The notes below the pieces were generated by a model that was given only the letters and a program-made list of their open reading frames with translations, had not been told where the DNA came from and did not search any database. A DNA stretch of 64,000 nt, taken from positions 806,001-870,000 of the forward strand of contig JAQFVV010000011.1 of the NCBI GenBank assembly GCA_028023455.1. Reading direction: 5' to 3'. The stretch is from Epiperipatus broadwayi. Its lineage: Eukaryota; Animalia; Onychophora. This document shows positions 51,784 through 64,000 of this stretch, in pieces. The translations under genes were made by a program, and so were the position numbers. Positions within the stretch are counted from its first letter, which is position 1, and the number at the start of each line of letters is the position of its first letter.

Positions 51784-52828
51784 AAAGAAAGGTTTAGGAT
51801 TAATAGTGTTTTCTTTACATCATTATATGGTAAAACATCATCATCATTAACAAAAAAGTTAGCAATGTGCATACTATTACGCAACCTCTTTTACACTAAC
51901 TATAAGATATAACTGAAAACAGTATCAGGAGATTTGTTAAATGATGCATTCAGGGAAGACCACCATTGCTTATGCATAGTGGTAATTAAAAAGATCAAAT
52001 TATACCAGATATAAGACAGAAACTGCTTTACTAACTTCAGCAAAAAATTTCCATCCAGTTCACTATGAGGAATTGTGAAATGTGTTTTTTTTTTTTTAAA
52101 AAAAATTGGAATACTGGAATATATTTATACAACAATTGTGTATTCTGGATTAGTGGAAGAAAGATCAACAATCTTCATGATATTTCACTACTAGGTAAAG
52201 ATTTGATTAGGGTGTTTTGAAATCCATATTAAAAAATGTAAAAAACAGAAAGTGATACTATGAAATTAAGGTTATATATAAAAGACTTAAGTAATGTTGA
52301 AAATATGAAAGTTGTAGACACCTGTGATGATGCTAGCAGTCAAGAAATTAATTGTAAATTGTATTACTTGTGAAAGTATTAATAAAAAGCCTAGGAAAAA
52401 AATCTTTCTACATGCAAAAACTTATTTTTGAAAGCTAATATCAAAACTGCTCACAATTTCCACGTCCATTTATGGATTTGAAAAGTGGACAGTATAGAAG
52501 CAACATAGGAAATGGGATGAATGTTGTAAATTGCTAACATAATATCACTTGATGTTTGCCTTATTCAATATAAAATAAACAAAAACAGCTCTGTTTGTCA
52601 GATAGCATTGCATTTGTAATAAGCTTGGGTAATTGTGATCATTCAGTAATCACTGATTATTCAAACTTATTGCAAGTAGCACTGGAGCAGAGAATTGCTC
52701 CTGTTTACTTTTAAAATATGAAATTACAAAGACTATTTTTTTTAAAAAAACAACAACAATCAAACAGAATCATGATCAATTTGGGTTTAAATGTTCAGTT
52801 AATGCATAAACAATCAGATTTAACAGAG

Positions 52829-52955
52829 TTTTTTTTTGTTTTTCATGTGTCATAGCATCGGCCAGGAAACAAACCTGCTAATCCAGGACAACTTTTTGTA
52901 AGGCAGCTGTGCTGAACTCTCGACGCAGCTGTGCTGAACTCTCGACCACAAATGT
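52829..52955 (-). mobile_element. tRNA-Gly-derived SINE with an internal ~22-bp duplication
   Basis: Same 3' trailer; gcagctgtgctgaactctcgac occurs twice. Confidence 0.8.
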
Positions 52956-54202
52956 AAATGACTAAATAGCTTCATGTCAGTGGATAGAGAAAATCGACAA
53001 CTATTTTGTCCCTACACAATATTTTTTCCGGAGACAGGAATTTCATCAGGTGATCCCTAAAGATTTAATTTCCAAGACCACCTTATGAAATCCCTGCCTC
53101 AGGATGAAATACCATGTACTGATGAAATGATTGTTGGCTTTCTCCATACAATGATACAGGGTGATTAATTATTTATTCATTTACATGCAAGTATGTGTTT
53201 ATAATCAACTTTGCTACATGTGTTTGAGAATGAGAGTATTCATTTACGTATAGTTTAAAATCTATAAAGCGCATGTGCATTAGCCTGATCTCTAATTTAC
53301 AATTACAATTTATTAACATAGCGCTATATAAATAAATACCTTATTATACATATACTTATGCATGCATGTTATATGTCCTAGATATCTCATTTATATCTGA
53401 GTGTGTGAGTAATAATTAGATAATCAGATAGAAATTGTCTTATTTTGGACATATTTCAATACAATCAGATTGACTGCAAAAGTACGTGGCTCTTAGGGAA
53501 ACAAAACATGCCCATCATCAGAAGACTGAAAATACAAACAAATTAATATCATCTAGTGAATGAAATTTAAGTGGTCACCAGATATGGATAACACCTTGGC
53601 ATCTTATATAATACTATTCAACGTTTTCCTCCTTTTAATTAAAAAGGTCCAAACAAAGTTGTATTCTCTATAAAATACTTTGAAAATTGAATTCAGTACT
53701 TTTAAAAGGAAAAATAATCAATAAAGAAAATGAATTGGGTTGTGTTTTTATCAAAAAATATTTTCAATTATCTAAAATTAAATAATAACGAAAAATATCC
53801 ATTTATTTAAATTTACTTTAACAAGAAAATTATACATTATTGGATTACTGTTTAGTCAGAAATCGATACTTATTTAATGAAGCATACTTCTCAAAATGTT
53901 TTCTCAACAAACAATTATAAATTTAATTACCATGACATTTATTTTTAAATAGACTTATATAACAAAGGAAAAAAAAACAAAAACACAATGACTAGAAAGA
54001 AAGATGTAGAAAAATAAAAGATGATAATTTAAAATAGATAGATGATATATTTGGTAAAGCTTCATAATGGTATGAAGTCTCGTTAAAGTTTATGATGTAG
54101 AAAAAAATGACAAAGTCATTGACAATGATCAAGCTTTATTATTATTACTCTATACTCAACTTGCCCTAAAGAAAAGAATTTAAACTACGTAGTTATATTT
54201 TA

Positions 54203-54311
54203 AACCACTAAACATCATATGATCACCATTCTTTACATCTTCCAGCATCCATTGATTACTCTGGCTTGCACTGTGTGGAGCTACTGTATGGAGAATTTTG
54301 TCTCTGTGTAC
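54203..54311. mobile_element. Short family B insertion (tail plus inverted arm)
   Basis: 10-bp TSD ttatatttta at 54193-54202 and 54312-54321. Confidence 0.75.
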
Positions 54312-54812
54312 TTATATTTTACAATTGAATATGGATTTTGGAAACAAATCAAAAAACTCCTATATCCTTTGAAAGTCAAATTCAGTAACACAACACAATC
54401 TATGACAACTTTAAAGATAGGTTAAGCAAGAAAGAAGACAAATGTGAAACATTGCAACAGTGTGCAACCCATAATGTTCTTTGTATTTGCATATAGTTTA
54501 AAAAGAGCAACTAATAGCTGTTGCAAAACTTATGTATCAACATAAGTTGATTCTTTCACAATGCATTATAAATTGGCATATCAATGTTGGTGATATTAAC
54601 AATATTATATAATTATTAAATTTATAAATCATATTAAATATGTATTTAAAATTGGATATATAAATTAAGTATTGTTAATAGATAAAGAAATAAATTCCAG
54701 TAATATATATATATATATAAATAAAATGGCCTTTTAATGGTCCACTAAAAACCTCTCAAACAAGTCTTCATAGAGGAATAATGTATGAGAAAGCAATATT
54801 CATCATGCTTAA

Positions 54813-55825
54813 CAATTGTTGGATAATGAGTGAACATTTTTCCATTTTTATTTTATCATCTAGTTTTGAGAATAGCTAAATATCCCTTTACTGATCCATA
54901 GTGGATGGTTAGCTTAATTGACTACAGGCCATTTACCTGAAAGAGATATCCCAATTATTGGATGATGAAAGTTTGAATGTATTTACATTTTATTCTCTAG
55001 TTAAGAATAGCTAAATATCCATTTAATGACCAATAGTGGATGGTTGGATGAATTGACTGTATATCTGAAAGAGATATCCCAATTGTTGAATGATGAATTT
55101 GTACATTTTTCCATTTCCATTTTACCATCTAGTTAAGAATATCTAAATATCCATTTACTGACTTATGAGATATCCCAAGTATGGATGATGAGAGTTGAAC
55201 ATTTTTCCATTTTCATTTTATCATCTAGTTAAAAATAGCTAAATATACATTTACTGACCAATAATGGATAATTGAAAGACATAACCCAATTGTTGTTATG
55301 ATGTGAGTTTGAACTTTTTTCCATTTTCAATTTATCATCTAGCTAAGAATAGCTAAATATCCATTTATTGACCAATAGTGGATGGTTAGCCTAATTGACT
55401 ATAGGACATATATCTAAAAGAGAACCCCAATTGTTAAATGATGAGAGTTGGAACATTTTTTCATTTTATAATCTAGTTAAAAATAGCTATATATCCATTT
55501 ACTGACCAATGGTGGATGGTTAGCTGAACTGAAAGAGATACTCCAATTGTTGAATGATGTGAATTTAAACATTTCCATTTTCAATTTATCATCCAGTTAA
55601 AAAAATCTAAATATCAATTTACTGACCAATAATGGATGGTTAGCCTAATTAGGTCTAGCCATGTATCTAAAAGAGATATCCCAATTATTGAATGATGAGA
55701 GTTTGAACATTTTCCCATATTCATTTTTTTATCTAGTTAAGAATAACAAAATATCCATTTACTGACCAATAAAAGATGGTTATAGCTTAATTAACTGTAC
55801 ATCATATACCTTAAAGAGATATCTC
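54813..55825 (+). repeat. Tandem array of ~8 diverged units (~95-140 bp) with C/D-box-like motifs
   Basis: Unit: ATGATGA-gagtttgaacatttttccattttc...gaatagctaaatatccattta-CTGA-ccaatagtggatggttagc...gagatatccc. Confidence 0.9.
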
Positions 55826-56872
55826 AGTTCTGTTGAAAAAATAATCAAAGTTAATTTATCTGGATTTGCATCTAAATCGTATACACAGTAGGCAGTGCAT
55901 TCGCATTATAAGATTAACAAGAAAATGGTGAACCTCCCTATTTATTAAATAATTTTCTCTGTTTACACTTTTTTAAAGATCTTCATACCAAAATATTATT
56001 GCAATTTTTTTCGAATCCTACATACAAATTTTTTCTGTGTTTGTCAAAGGATCATTACATTACTATTATGTTTAATGTTAAAGAATTAGTTTAGGTTAGT
56101 TACTTTATTTCTAAAACATAAATATATTAGTGATTTCTTATTTTTCAACTCCTTAGTTAATTCTACTTCCAAGTCCTACTTCTAGTCTCTACCCTAAAGA
56201 TATTAGATTGCTTTTTTTATTATTATCAAAAACAGGTTTATTCAACTATGTTTACAATAAAAGAAAAAAATTATAAAATAACATTAAATTTGGCAATACA
56301 TTTATAAACCATTAAATTACTTAATGTCCAATATTAATAAGATTCCATGTGGAATTTACTATAAAGTGAGGAGCTAACTTCAAATCTCTTTCTTTGATAT
56401 CTTTTAATTTTTGTAAAAAAAAATTAATGTTGGATCAAGTATAACTGACTTGAAGATTAGGAAGCATCTGACAAACCATAGACAGAAAGTGATGAAAGTT
56501 GCACTTCTTATAATTGCAAAATCCCCATAAGCAAAACCTTCTATGAGTGTGTTGATAATTGGATGTTTTGGTGTATAAATTTGATTAATCAATATTCTAC
56601 AGTCCTGAAGAGCAGAACAATCGTTGAAAATGTGAAATATGGTATCATCCTCCCTATGGATTGTGTTAATTTTTTAATGGGTTGCAAATATGCACCAAAA
56701 AATAAAAACAAATAACTGATAGCAAAAATCTTTTTACATTTTAACAGAATGTGTTTAGCTTTTAAATTAAAAACATGTAGTTTAACTTTAACTCAACTTC
56801 AGACTTACAAATTATTTGTTCATTATAAATATTATCAAATTGATCCAAATGTATACATATATACAGTATTAA

Positions 56873-57090
56873 CAAATAAGCTATTAACAAGATTTGCAGA
56901 ATATCTCCAATCTCAGACCGGTTTCTGCTACTGGTATCCTCAGTGAGGTACTAGGATATTCAAGCATTAGATTAAGAATACCAGGACCAGCCCAGCACTT
57001 TATCTAATGTATAACTATTAAGTAGACACCAGTAGCAGAAACCGGTCTGGGATTGGGGATATTCTGCAAAGCTTGTTAAGAGCTTATTTG
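56873..57090. mobile_element. Family E HHR hairpin element; HHR at 56912-56947 on the minus strand
   Basis: Arms 56873-56947 and ~57028-57090. Minus strand: CTCA-CTGAGGA-taccagtagca-GAAA-CCGG-TC-TGAG. Confidence 0.8.
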
Positions 57091-60000
57091 CGAGCTCTAT
57101 ATATAACATTTGTAATACAAACTTATTAAATTAGGTCATATGACATCTGACTTGATTTTTTTTGTAATGTATACAGTACTGTGCTGATGTAATATTTCTT
57201 TTATTTTATATTATAATTTATGTAATAAACGTTTGGGTCGCAGAACTATTTCAATGAAGTCTATTGGGTTGAGCAGCAAAAAGGTTGAGAAATGTTAGTC
57301 TAGAAAGTATATTTTATGTCTATATCTTCAATGATAAAAAATATAGGCTTTCCATAATAATGACCTAATGCTTTGGATTTTCTTTATAAAAAAGTAATTA
57401 GCATGTTAATGTAATGAGCCATACTAACAACAGTAGAAATCTGGTAGACAATGTTTAAATATTCAAATATCATTGTTGCCATTAGAAAAAAACCCTTTAA
57501 AATTGATTTCTAGCTATAAAATGCAATATTGATCGCAATGGAGATATAATTTTATGAATGAGAACACTTAAACACATCTATTAGTTCATTACTTAACTAA
57601 TTATGAAGATGTTATATAATAGCCTAATTCTAAAGTGTAAACTATGGCAATATAAAAATTCAAAAAGTTAGTGTCAGGAGAAACTCCTCCTATTCTGATT
57701 TATGATTAGTGGCATGCCCTTGATAATGGTCCTAAGAACCTTATATCACCATAGTCCATAATCATGTGGTTGATTATGAAACATTTTTCACATCTGTGAC
57801 ATGAAATGGTTTTTTTCCTCTGCAACTTAGACATGGCTGAGTGCATTTTTGGTGAGTCCACCTACATAATATATCTTAGTTTTATGATGTGCTAATAGAG
57901 GGTGCTTAAATGCTAGTATTTACAATACTGTAAATGATAACATTTAAAAAGCCTCTATATCTTATAAGATATAGCTCTACACTGTATTAATTATATAATT
58001 GATTAATTTATTATCCAATTTACAGTCATTATCAAAGAGATACATATAAACATCAACAAAGCAAACAATTAATCCAATCACAATAACTTCATCTTCTTTT
58101 GCTAAAACGGGTTGGTTAATAAAATAGGCAGTCCGTAACATTTAAGAAAATTACTTAATGCCTTCTTAATGTGTTTTGACTTTAACTATAGCAAATAATA
58201 CAAAAAATATACTTTTATATTATTATTTTTAAAAGCAAAACAATAAAGATATACAATGGTCCTCAATGATAGTAAATGTCAAACAATATTATAATAGACA
58301 TTTCTGGTTTCACATACAGTGCATCAACATTCATTTAGCTAATGCTGACTTCCATAAAACTTTTAGCTTCTAATAATTGCTAAAATACATTTACTGACGA
58401 ATATTATATGGCTACTAAGATTGATTATGGCTGAAATTTTAAGCCTGCTTGTGATCCCCCCAAAAATCCCAAGGTTCACCTACTGCGAACCCAATCTGAC
58501 TCACGAGCATGAAGTGGATGTCTTAATCATTACTCATGAGGCCCTTCTTGCAATTTATGAAACAGGAATTGGATAGAATAAAAAAATTAAGGCTTAAAAA
58601 CATTTTTTTAAAATAATCATTTAATAACTAATTGGTTAACAATAAACAAAAAATGATACATATAAAATTTTAAACATTCATTTCATCAAAAATATATATT
58701 TTCATAAAAATTGTAATCAATCAGTTGATTTCTATTCATAAATTAACTTTTAATTAATTAAGTTAGTTCTTTAAGATAACTAAGAATTGCAAAAACAACA
58801 TTTTCAAAAACAAAGATAACAATCTTTGATTTAGCTTAATTAACCTTTTGTTAAGTTCTTAGAAGGAAAAATAATGTTTCACACAAAAAAAATGTTTCAC
58901 AATTTGAAAATATTAATTTAATTATCAATTTTTTTTTAAAAAAAGAAATATTACTTTTATATAAAAAAAACTTTTTTTATTATTATTAATAAAAAATACA
59001 GTGTACATACACACAAAAAAGTATCTCCAACCATGGTTTTATTTTTTCCTGTGGAGTCCTTCTTTCCTATTATAATTCCCACTTCCAGTTGGCTTTCCTC
59101 TTGAAGGTATCCACACATAAGTATGACTAAGTTGCCCTTTTTGGTGTGTGGTATTTCATTTCTAAGTTAACAACAGCAAAATTTTATCCATTTTCTTTTA
59201 ATAAATTTCCCAGGTGAGATTAACACAGACCGAGATTCATGCTCTTTCTTGCAGATTACAGTACTTGAGTATTAGTCCTACAATGTGGAGCAGGTATTAG
59301 ACCTGCTGCACCTTTTCACATTCATATCAATCCACTGATAACTTTGTAATCTTGTGATCTGACCAAAATAATGTGTACACAGATCTTGTACACACAATAT
59401 TTTTCGCAAGATTTACAAAAAAGTAACATGTACACAGATCTTGTACATGATATTTTTTGCATGATTTACAAAGTTCTTGGCAGGTTAAATACATATGTGA
59501 AAAGGCATAGTATGTCTAATACATGCTCTGTGTTGCAGGATTAAAACTTCATACAACTAAAAGTATAAAGTAGGGAGCAGAATTTAAATGTATAACAATA
59601 ATAAAGATATATAAATTTGAGCAAGAAATCAATATTAAAAAGAACTTTTAAAAAAAATTGATTTGCCATACACAAATATATATGACTTTCACACAAAAAA
59701 CTTTAAAATTTATAAGAATAGTAAATTGATATTAAAAAGAACATTTAAAAATAAATATTGATTTGCCATACAGAAATATATACAACTTTCACACTGTAAA
59801 ATTTATAAAAGCCCTAAAGCTATGAATTTCACACACAAAAAAGCCGATCTTAAAAAGTACATGTTCTCAGCCCAAAAATATGTAAAATACGAAATGCCAT
59901 TATTCTAGTGCAAAATGTTACTTTAAATACAGATAAAAGAATCACTAAATTATTATTTTTTAAAATATTTACAAAAAACCATAAAATATACACATATGAT

Positions 60001-63000
60001 AATTACTATCTAATATATACCAAGGAATATTCGCAATGAAACAAGCAATTTGGCATTTACATTCTTGACATAAAATGGAGATTTCAACTAAAAAATTTCC
60101 CTCCAAAATGGAGTTTTACTGAAAACATGAGATTGAGTAGTCTATCAGCTGAATGAGATTTTCCACAGAAATGCTAATAAACGAATGCATTTTTTGTTAA
60201 CAACAACAAAAAAAAAAAAATTCACAAAAATAAAGAAATATAAATTACAACACTTTCATTAACTTTTCATCCTGGTGGAATTTTTTTTTTTTATGTTGTT
60301 CAGTATGCGAATGAATGCATCATCATTTTTATGCAATCTATGCAATACATAAATTTGGCAAAGTATGAGTCGAGGTGTTGTCTTGATGTCCCTCGCTGCT
60401 GCTTATTTCACCATCATGGAACCTATAGTCTTTCAATGTTTTATGTATGAACCCTAGCTACTGGATTCACAAAGTTTATATCTGCAGTTCACATGAAAAT
60501 TATCATAACTGGCATTAGGAAGTTATGAAAAGAAAATCAAGTGGACAAAAATTAACACTACATATACTTGCACACTTAAAATCAAGGAGTAAGTCAGAAG
60601 TAGAAATACTTCAATGAAACAAAAACAAAATTGAAATGAAAATATTAAAAAAACATGTTTTAATAAAGAGAAATACATTTTCACATGGATAAGGTTGCAG
60701 TGTTTATTTTGCTTAAATCTGACATGATTGCAAGATTACACACATTGCAGATGTGAAAAGGTGTACCATCTCCCCTATATTGCAGGACTAATTCCTAAGT
60801 ACTCAGATTACTTTAGGGTTAATTTCTTTACATTTTTATTTCAGAGAAGGGAGGTTATATGGAGGAAGAGGTCTAGCTTTTAAACTGAATTTAGCACATG
60901 ATTTTCACTGTAAAAACCATTTTTATGACTAAACTCATATTATGCTGAAAGCTTGATTAAAACTTCTGCTATAGCTTGGTTAAGATTTCTGCTTCTTTCA
61001 TCTTAATCAGCTGGCTTAAGACTTGACTGCTCTCTCTCTTCAACAGCTAAGTTAGGAATATTTTTTTTCAGACACTTAAGTCTTCTAACTTATTCACACC
61101 ACCATTATTTTTTTTCTAAAACAATCATTCCTACAAGCCAATCATAATCAGTCTCTAACATGACAGTTTTTATAAAAGCTAATTAGATAATTTTTATAAA
61201 TGCAATTGATCAGCTATTTTCCTTCTTAATCATAACCATTAAAAAACAAGTCAAGAACTTAAATAAACATCATAAAATTCTTGATGTTACTTTCTAATTA
61301 AATTTTTTTTATTACAAACGGTAACAAGATAATCAATTGTACTAATCTGACTTTTTGCATTGAAGAGAGATAAAGAGAAAAGAAAAAATAACTATAATTA
61401 AAAATAAAATCTAACAAAAGTATTAACATCTTATTTCTTTTAAAAAATATTGTTAAAAATAAAACTATCTTTCATTTAAGGTTACAATTAATATCTATTA
61501 AATAATTTACAAAAAAGAGAAAATATTTCTCTCTCTTAGTACATTTTCATAGTTTAAATTAAAACTACTAATTAATTATAATTACTAAAGAGAGATAATC
61601 AAAAAAACTTATTTACATTCTTTTACAATTTTCTCTCCCTTCTACAATCATTTACAACTCTTATTAAAATATTTTACGTATTAAAATCATATTATTTAAC
61701 AAATTTAATATTTGAGAACTCTCACACTATCATTTTTGGGAATTAAAATATCTAGTTAATTGAAGACCCATTATTATTATAATAAAAAATATGCATGGGA
61801 AAATTAAATATTATTTTCCCCATTAATTAAATAATTCTATACTTAAATCTGAGGAACATGCTGCCGACTATCTAATTATTTTTAGCGCAATTATGTAGCC
61901 AACTGGTTACAATATATAAACAAACAAAATGTAAACAAACAAACAAAAAAGTTATAAAATCCATAAATTTAATGTATTTTATGAGTATTTATAACAAACG
62001 GTACTTCAGAAACTATTTTTTTGACTTGCAGAACTCTTACTAATTCTAATGCAATTTCATTTACTAACTACATTTTCTTCATGTTAAATACATTAAAACC
62101 ATTGGCATTTTTTTCTTAACTTTTATTTCTTTCAAAAGTTTGATATAGTAGTTATTTAATAAAATATTTTCTAAGCATAATTTAAGAATATTCATAATTT
62201 ATTTCATAAGTCATATAATGAAAGGTATCGATTTGTAATGAAAAAAATTATGTTTAGAAACAGGAAGTATGCTTAAAAAAAGAGAGAATCATCTATTAGA
62301 AATATAATGAGCAGAGAAAAGCATATACATACATGATGTTTGTGCTAGAGAAATGGGGAAAAATATAACCATGTTAGAAGATAATTTTTGGCAGAGTAGT
62401 AAATTTGTAGATAGATGAAAGTAAATTTCATTAATGACAAAATCGTAAGATTCAGTTTCTGCTCAACAATTCCTTATTTCTAATCAGATTCTTGACTCAT
62501 CTCTTTCTAACAAATGATAATCTCATGACCAATCTTCAATAACTAGTATTTCTCTACTGAAAATAGGTTTAGTAAAAAATAATTGTCTTAATAATTGCTA
62601 TTGATATAAGTAAAATGTAAAAGGACTTAAATAATCAACTAAACAGAGACCTTAAGCCTTCTAAGAACAATGAAGGAAAAACAACATTATTCATCGGGTT
62701 AGTTAAATGCTAAGTGATGATTATTTCAGCAGTTTGCTTTCCTTTTTCATTTTTTTATTTAAGAATAGTTAGATAAGTATTTTTTAGGTAAAATGAGTTG
62801 GCTACAGGTAACCTTTTTGTGAAAAAAATCCTATGCTTGTTTGAAAATTCTTAAATATAGTGACAAAAATTTCATTGAGATTCAAATCCTAAATGGTGAG
62901 TGGTGGACTGATGCACTAATCATTATTATGGTAAGATCTTTTAAAGACACACACACATATCTATATTTTGTTCTCCAGTTAACAATAATCTCAATATTGA

Positions 63001-63439
63001 ATGAGTATCGGTTTTGACTATAGACCATACCACCTATAATTCCGATTAGAATCTGAAAAATTATCCAGATTTAACTCAGCCCAAGTTTGAACCCAGGTTC
63101 TGAACATAAAAGGCAGATGAACTACTACTATCAGCAAGATTATTTAGGGATGCATTTCAAAAAAATAAAAATAAAACAAAAGACTGATAGAAATTAACAA
63201 CTATAGTATAAATATCTTAATCAGATTATTATTATAGATGAAAACATAATGGACAAAATTAGCCAGAATCCAATGTTTTTTTATGAAAATAACATTAAAA
63301 GTAGATATGCCCATGTGTTTAAAAGCAAGTTTATTTTAATAAACCTTTTTACTAACGATCAAATATCTGAAATGGTAATAAATGAACTATTAACATCTTA
63401 CATTGAATGCTTAGAAATTGAAAAGACATAGAAAGAAAT

Positions 63440-63570
63440 CATGATTGAGGTAGATGAATGGAATAAGGAAGTTTGCTGGAGTAATTTGAGAAGTTGCAAA
63501 CTGGATAAACTAGATTAGACTGGGAGAGTTTTGTCCTGCAGTAGATAGATAAGAGTGATGATGAAGACAT
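63440..63570 (+). mobile_element. Decayed RTE 3' end
   Basis: GIRKFAGV...LGE...cctgcagt and a gatgatga tail. Confidence 0.65.
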
Positions 63571-63909
63571 GAATTTATATTAGTGTTAAATATTTTAAAT
63601 GTTACCAAATGTATATACTGAAAGTGTATTTTAAATACAATAGAAAAAATTCAGACTATTTTATCGAATATATAAAACTTTCAAAAACACCTTTCTATCA
63701 TGTTATAGCCATTGCATCTAATTGCCCAAAAGTGGAAATCAAATTCATTGGACTAAAAATTCAGCCCATGTCTGCAGATGGTTCTTGGTTTGGGAAATCA
63801 GTTAACTTTAATTTAGCGATCTTTAACATTTAATTCTGACATTTCACGATCACACCAAAGCCCATAAAATTGAAATAATATGAATTCTTTTTAATAACTA
63901 TACTGCATT

Positions 63910-64000
63910 TTGTTGTTAACCGGGAGGTCATCGCAACCGCCTTGCAAGCAAGTAGTTGGTTGCAGACGGTTGTGGGTTTGCGTCCCGGCCGATGCTATGA
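63910..64000 (+). mobile_element. tRNA-Gly-derived SINE, degenerate, truncated by the window end
   Basis: gaggtca...gccttgcaagca...tcccggccgatgctatga. Confidence 0.7.

Noticed and set aside
54813-55825. CRISPR array interpretation
   Set aside because: Eukaryotic context, whole units are homologous with no unique spacers, and there are no cas genes.
57760-57830. C2H2 zinc-finger-like string (SCHRCEKCF) on the minus strand
   Set aside because: A single frameshifted half-finger without His residues; not supportable.
1163-63833. Most 60-110 aa ORFs in the track
   Set aside because: Ile/Phe/Tyr/Lys-rich composition expected from AT-rich non-coding DNA, or they lie inside repeats.

Overview
Strongly AT-rich, repeat-dominated eukaryotic DNA, most likely from an invertebrate animal; the taxon cannot be fixed from sequence alone. 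No host gene is confidently recognisable, and there is one weak candidate exon. All convincing coding content is transposon-derived: a 5'-truncated RTE-clade LINE with a 610-aa RT ORF (28.55-30.56 kb), many decayed RTE fragments, an L1/Tx1-type ORF1 (gag-like, CCHC knuckle) with a poly(A) tail but no ORF2 (42.9-45.0 kb), an internally deleted Tigger/pogo element, and decayed Penelope-type RT and GIY-YIG remnants. The main signal missed by the ORF track is RNA-level. About 20 minimal type I hammerhead-ribozyme (HHR) motifs, intact or one to two mutations from intact, occur in at least six short element families. Most are inserted as asymmetric hairpins (inverted arm, sense arm, short 3' tail), often with 9-13 bp target-site duplications (TSDs), which is Penelope-like-element (PLE) architecture. 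One family carries a tRNA-Lys-like Pol III head (candidate PLE-mobilised SINE). Another forms a ~370-bp head-to-tail array with one HHR per unit (retrozyme-like). A poly(A)-tailed tRNA-Gly-derived simple SINE with drifting anticodons and an 8-unit tandem array with C/D-box-like motifs are also present. Family names A-G are my own working labels. Structures were folded by eye, not computed, and boundaries of decayed elements are approximate.
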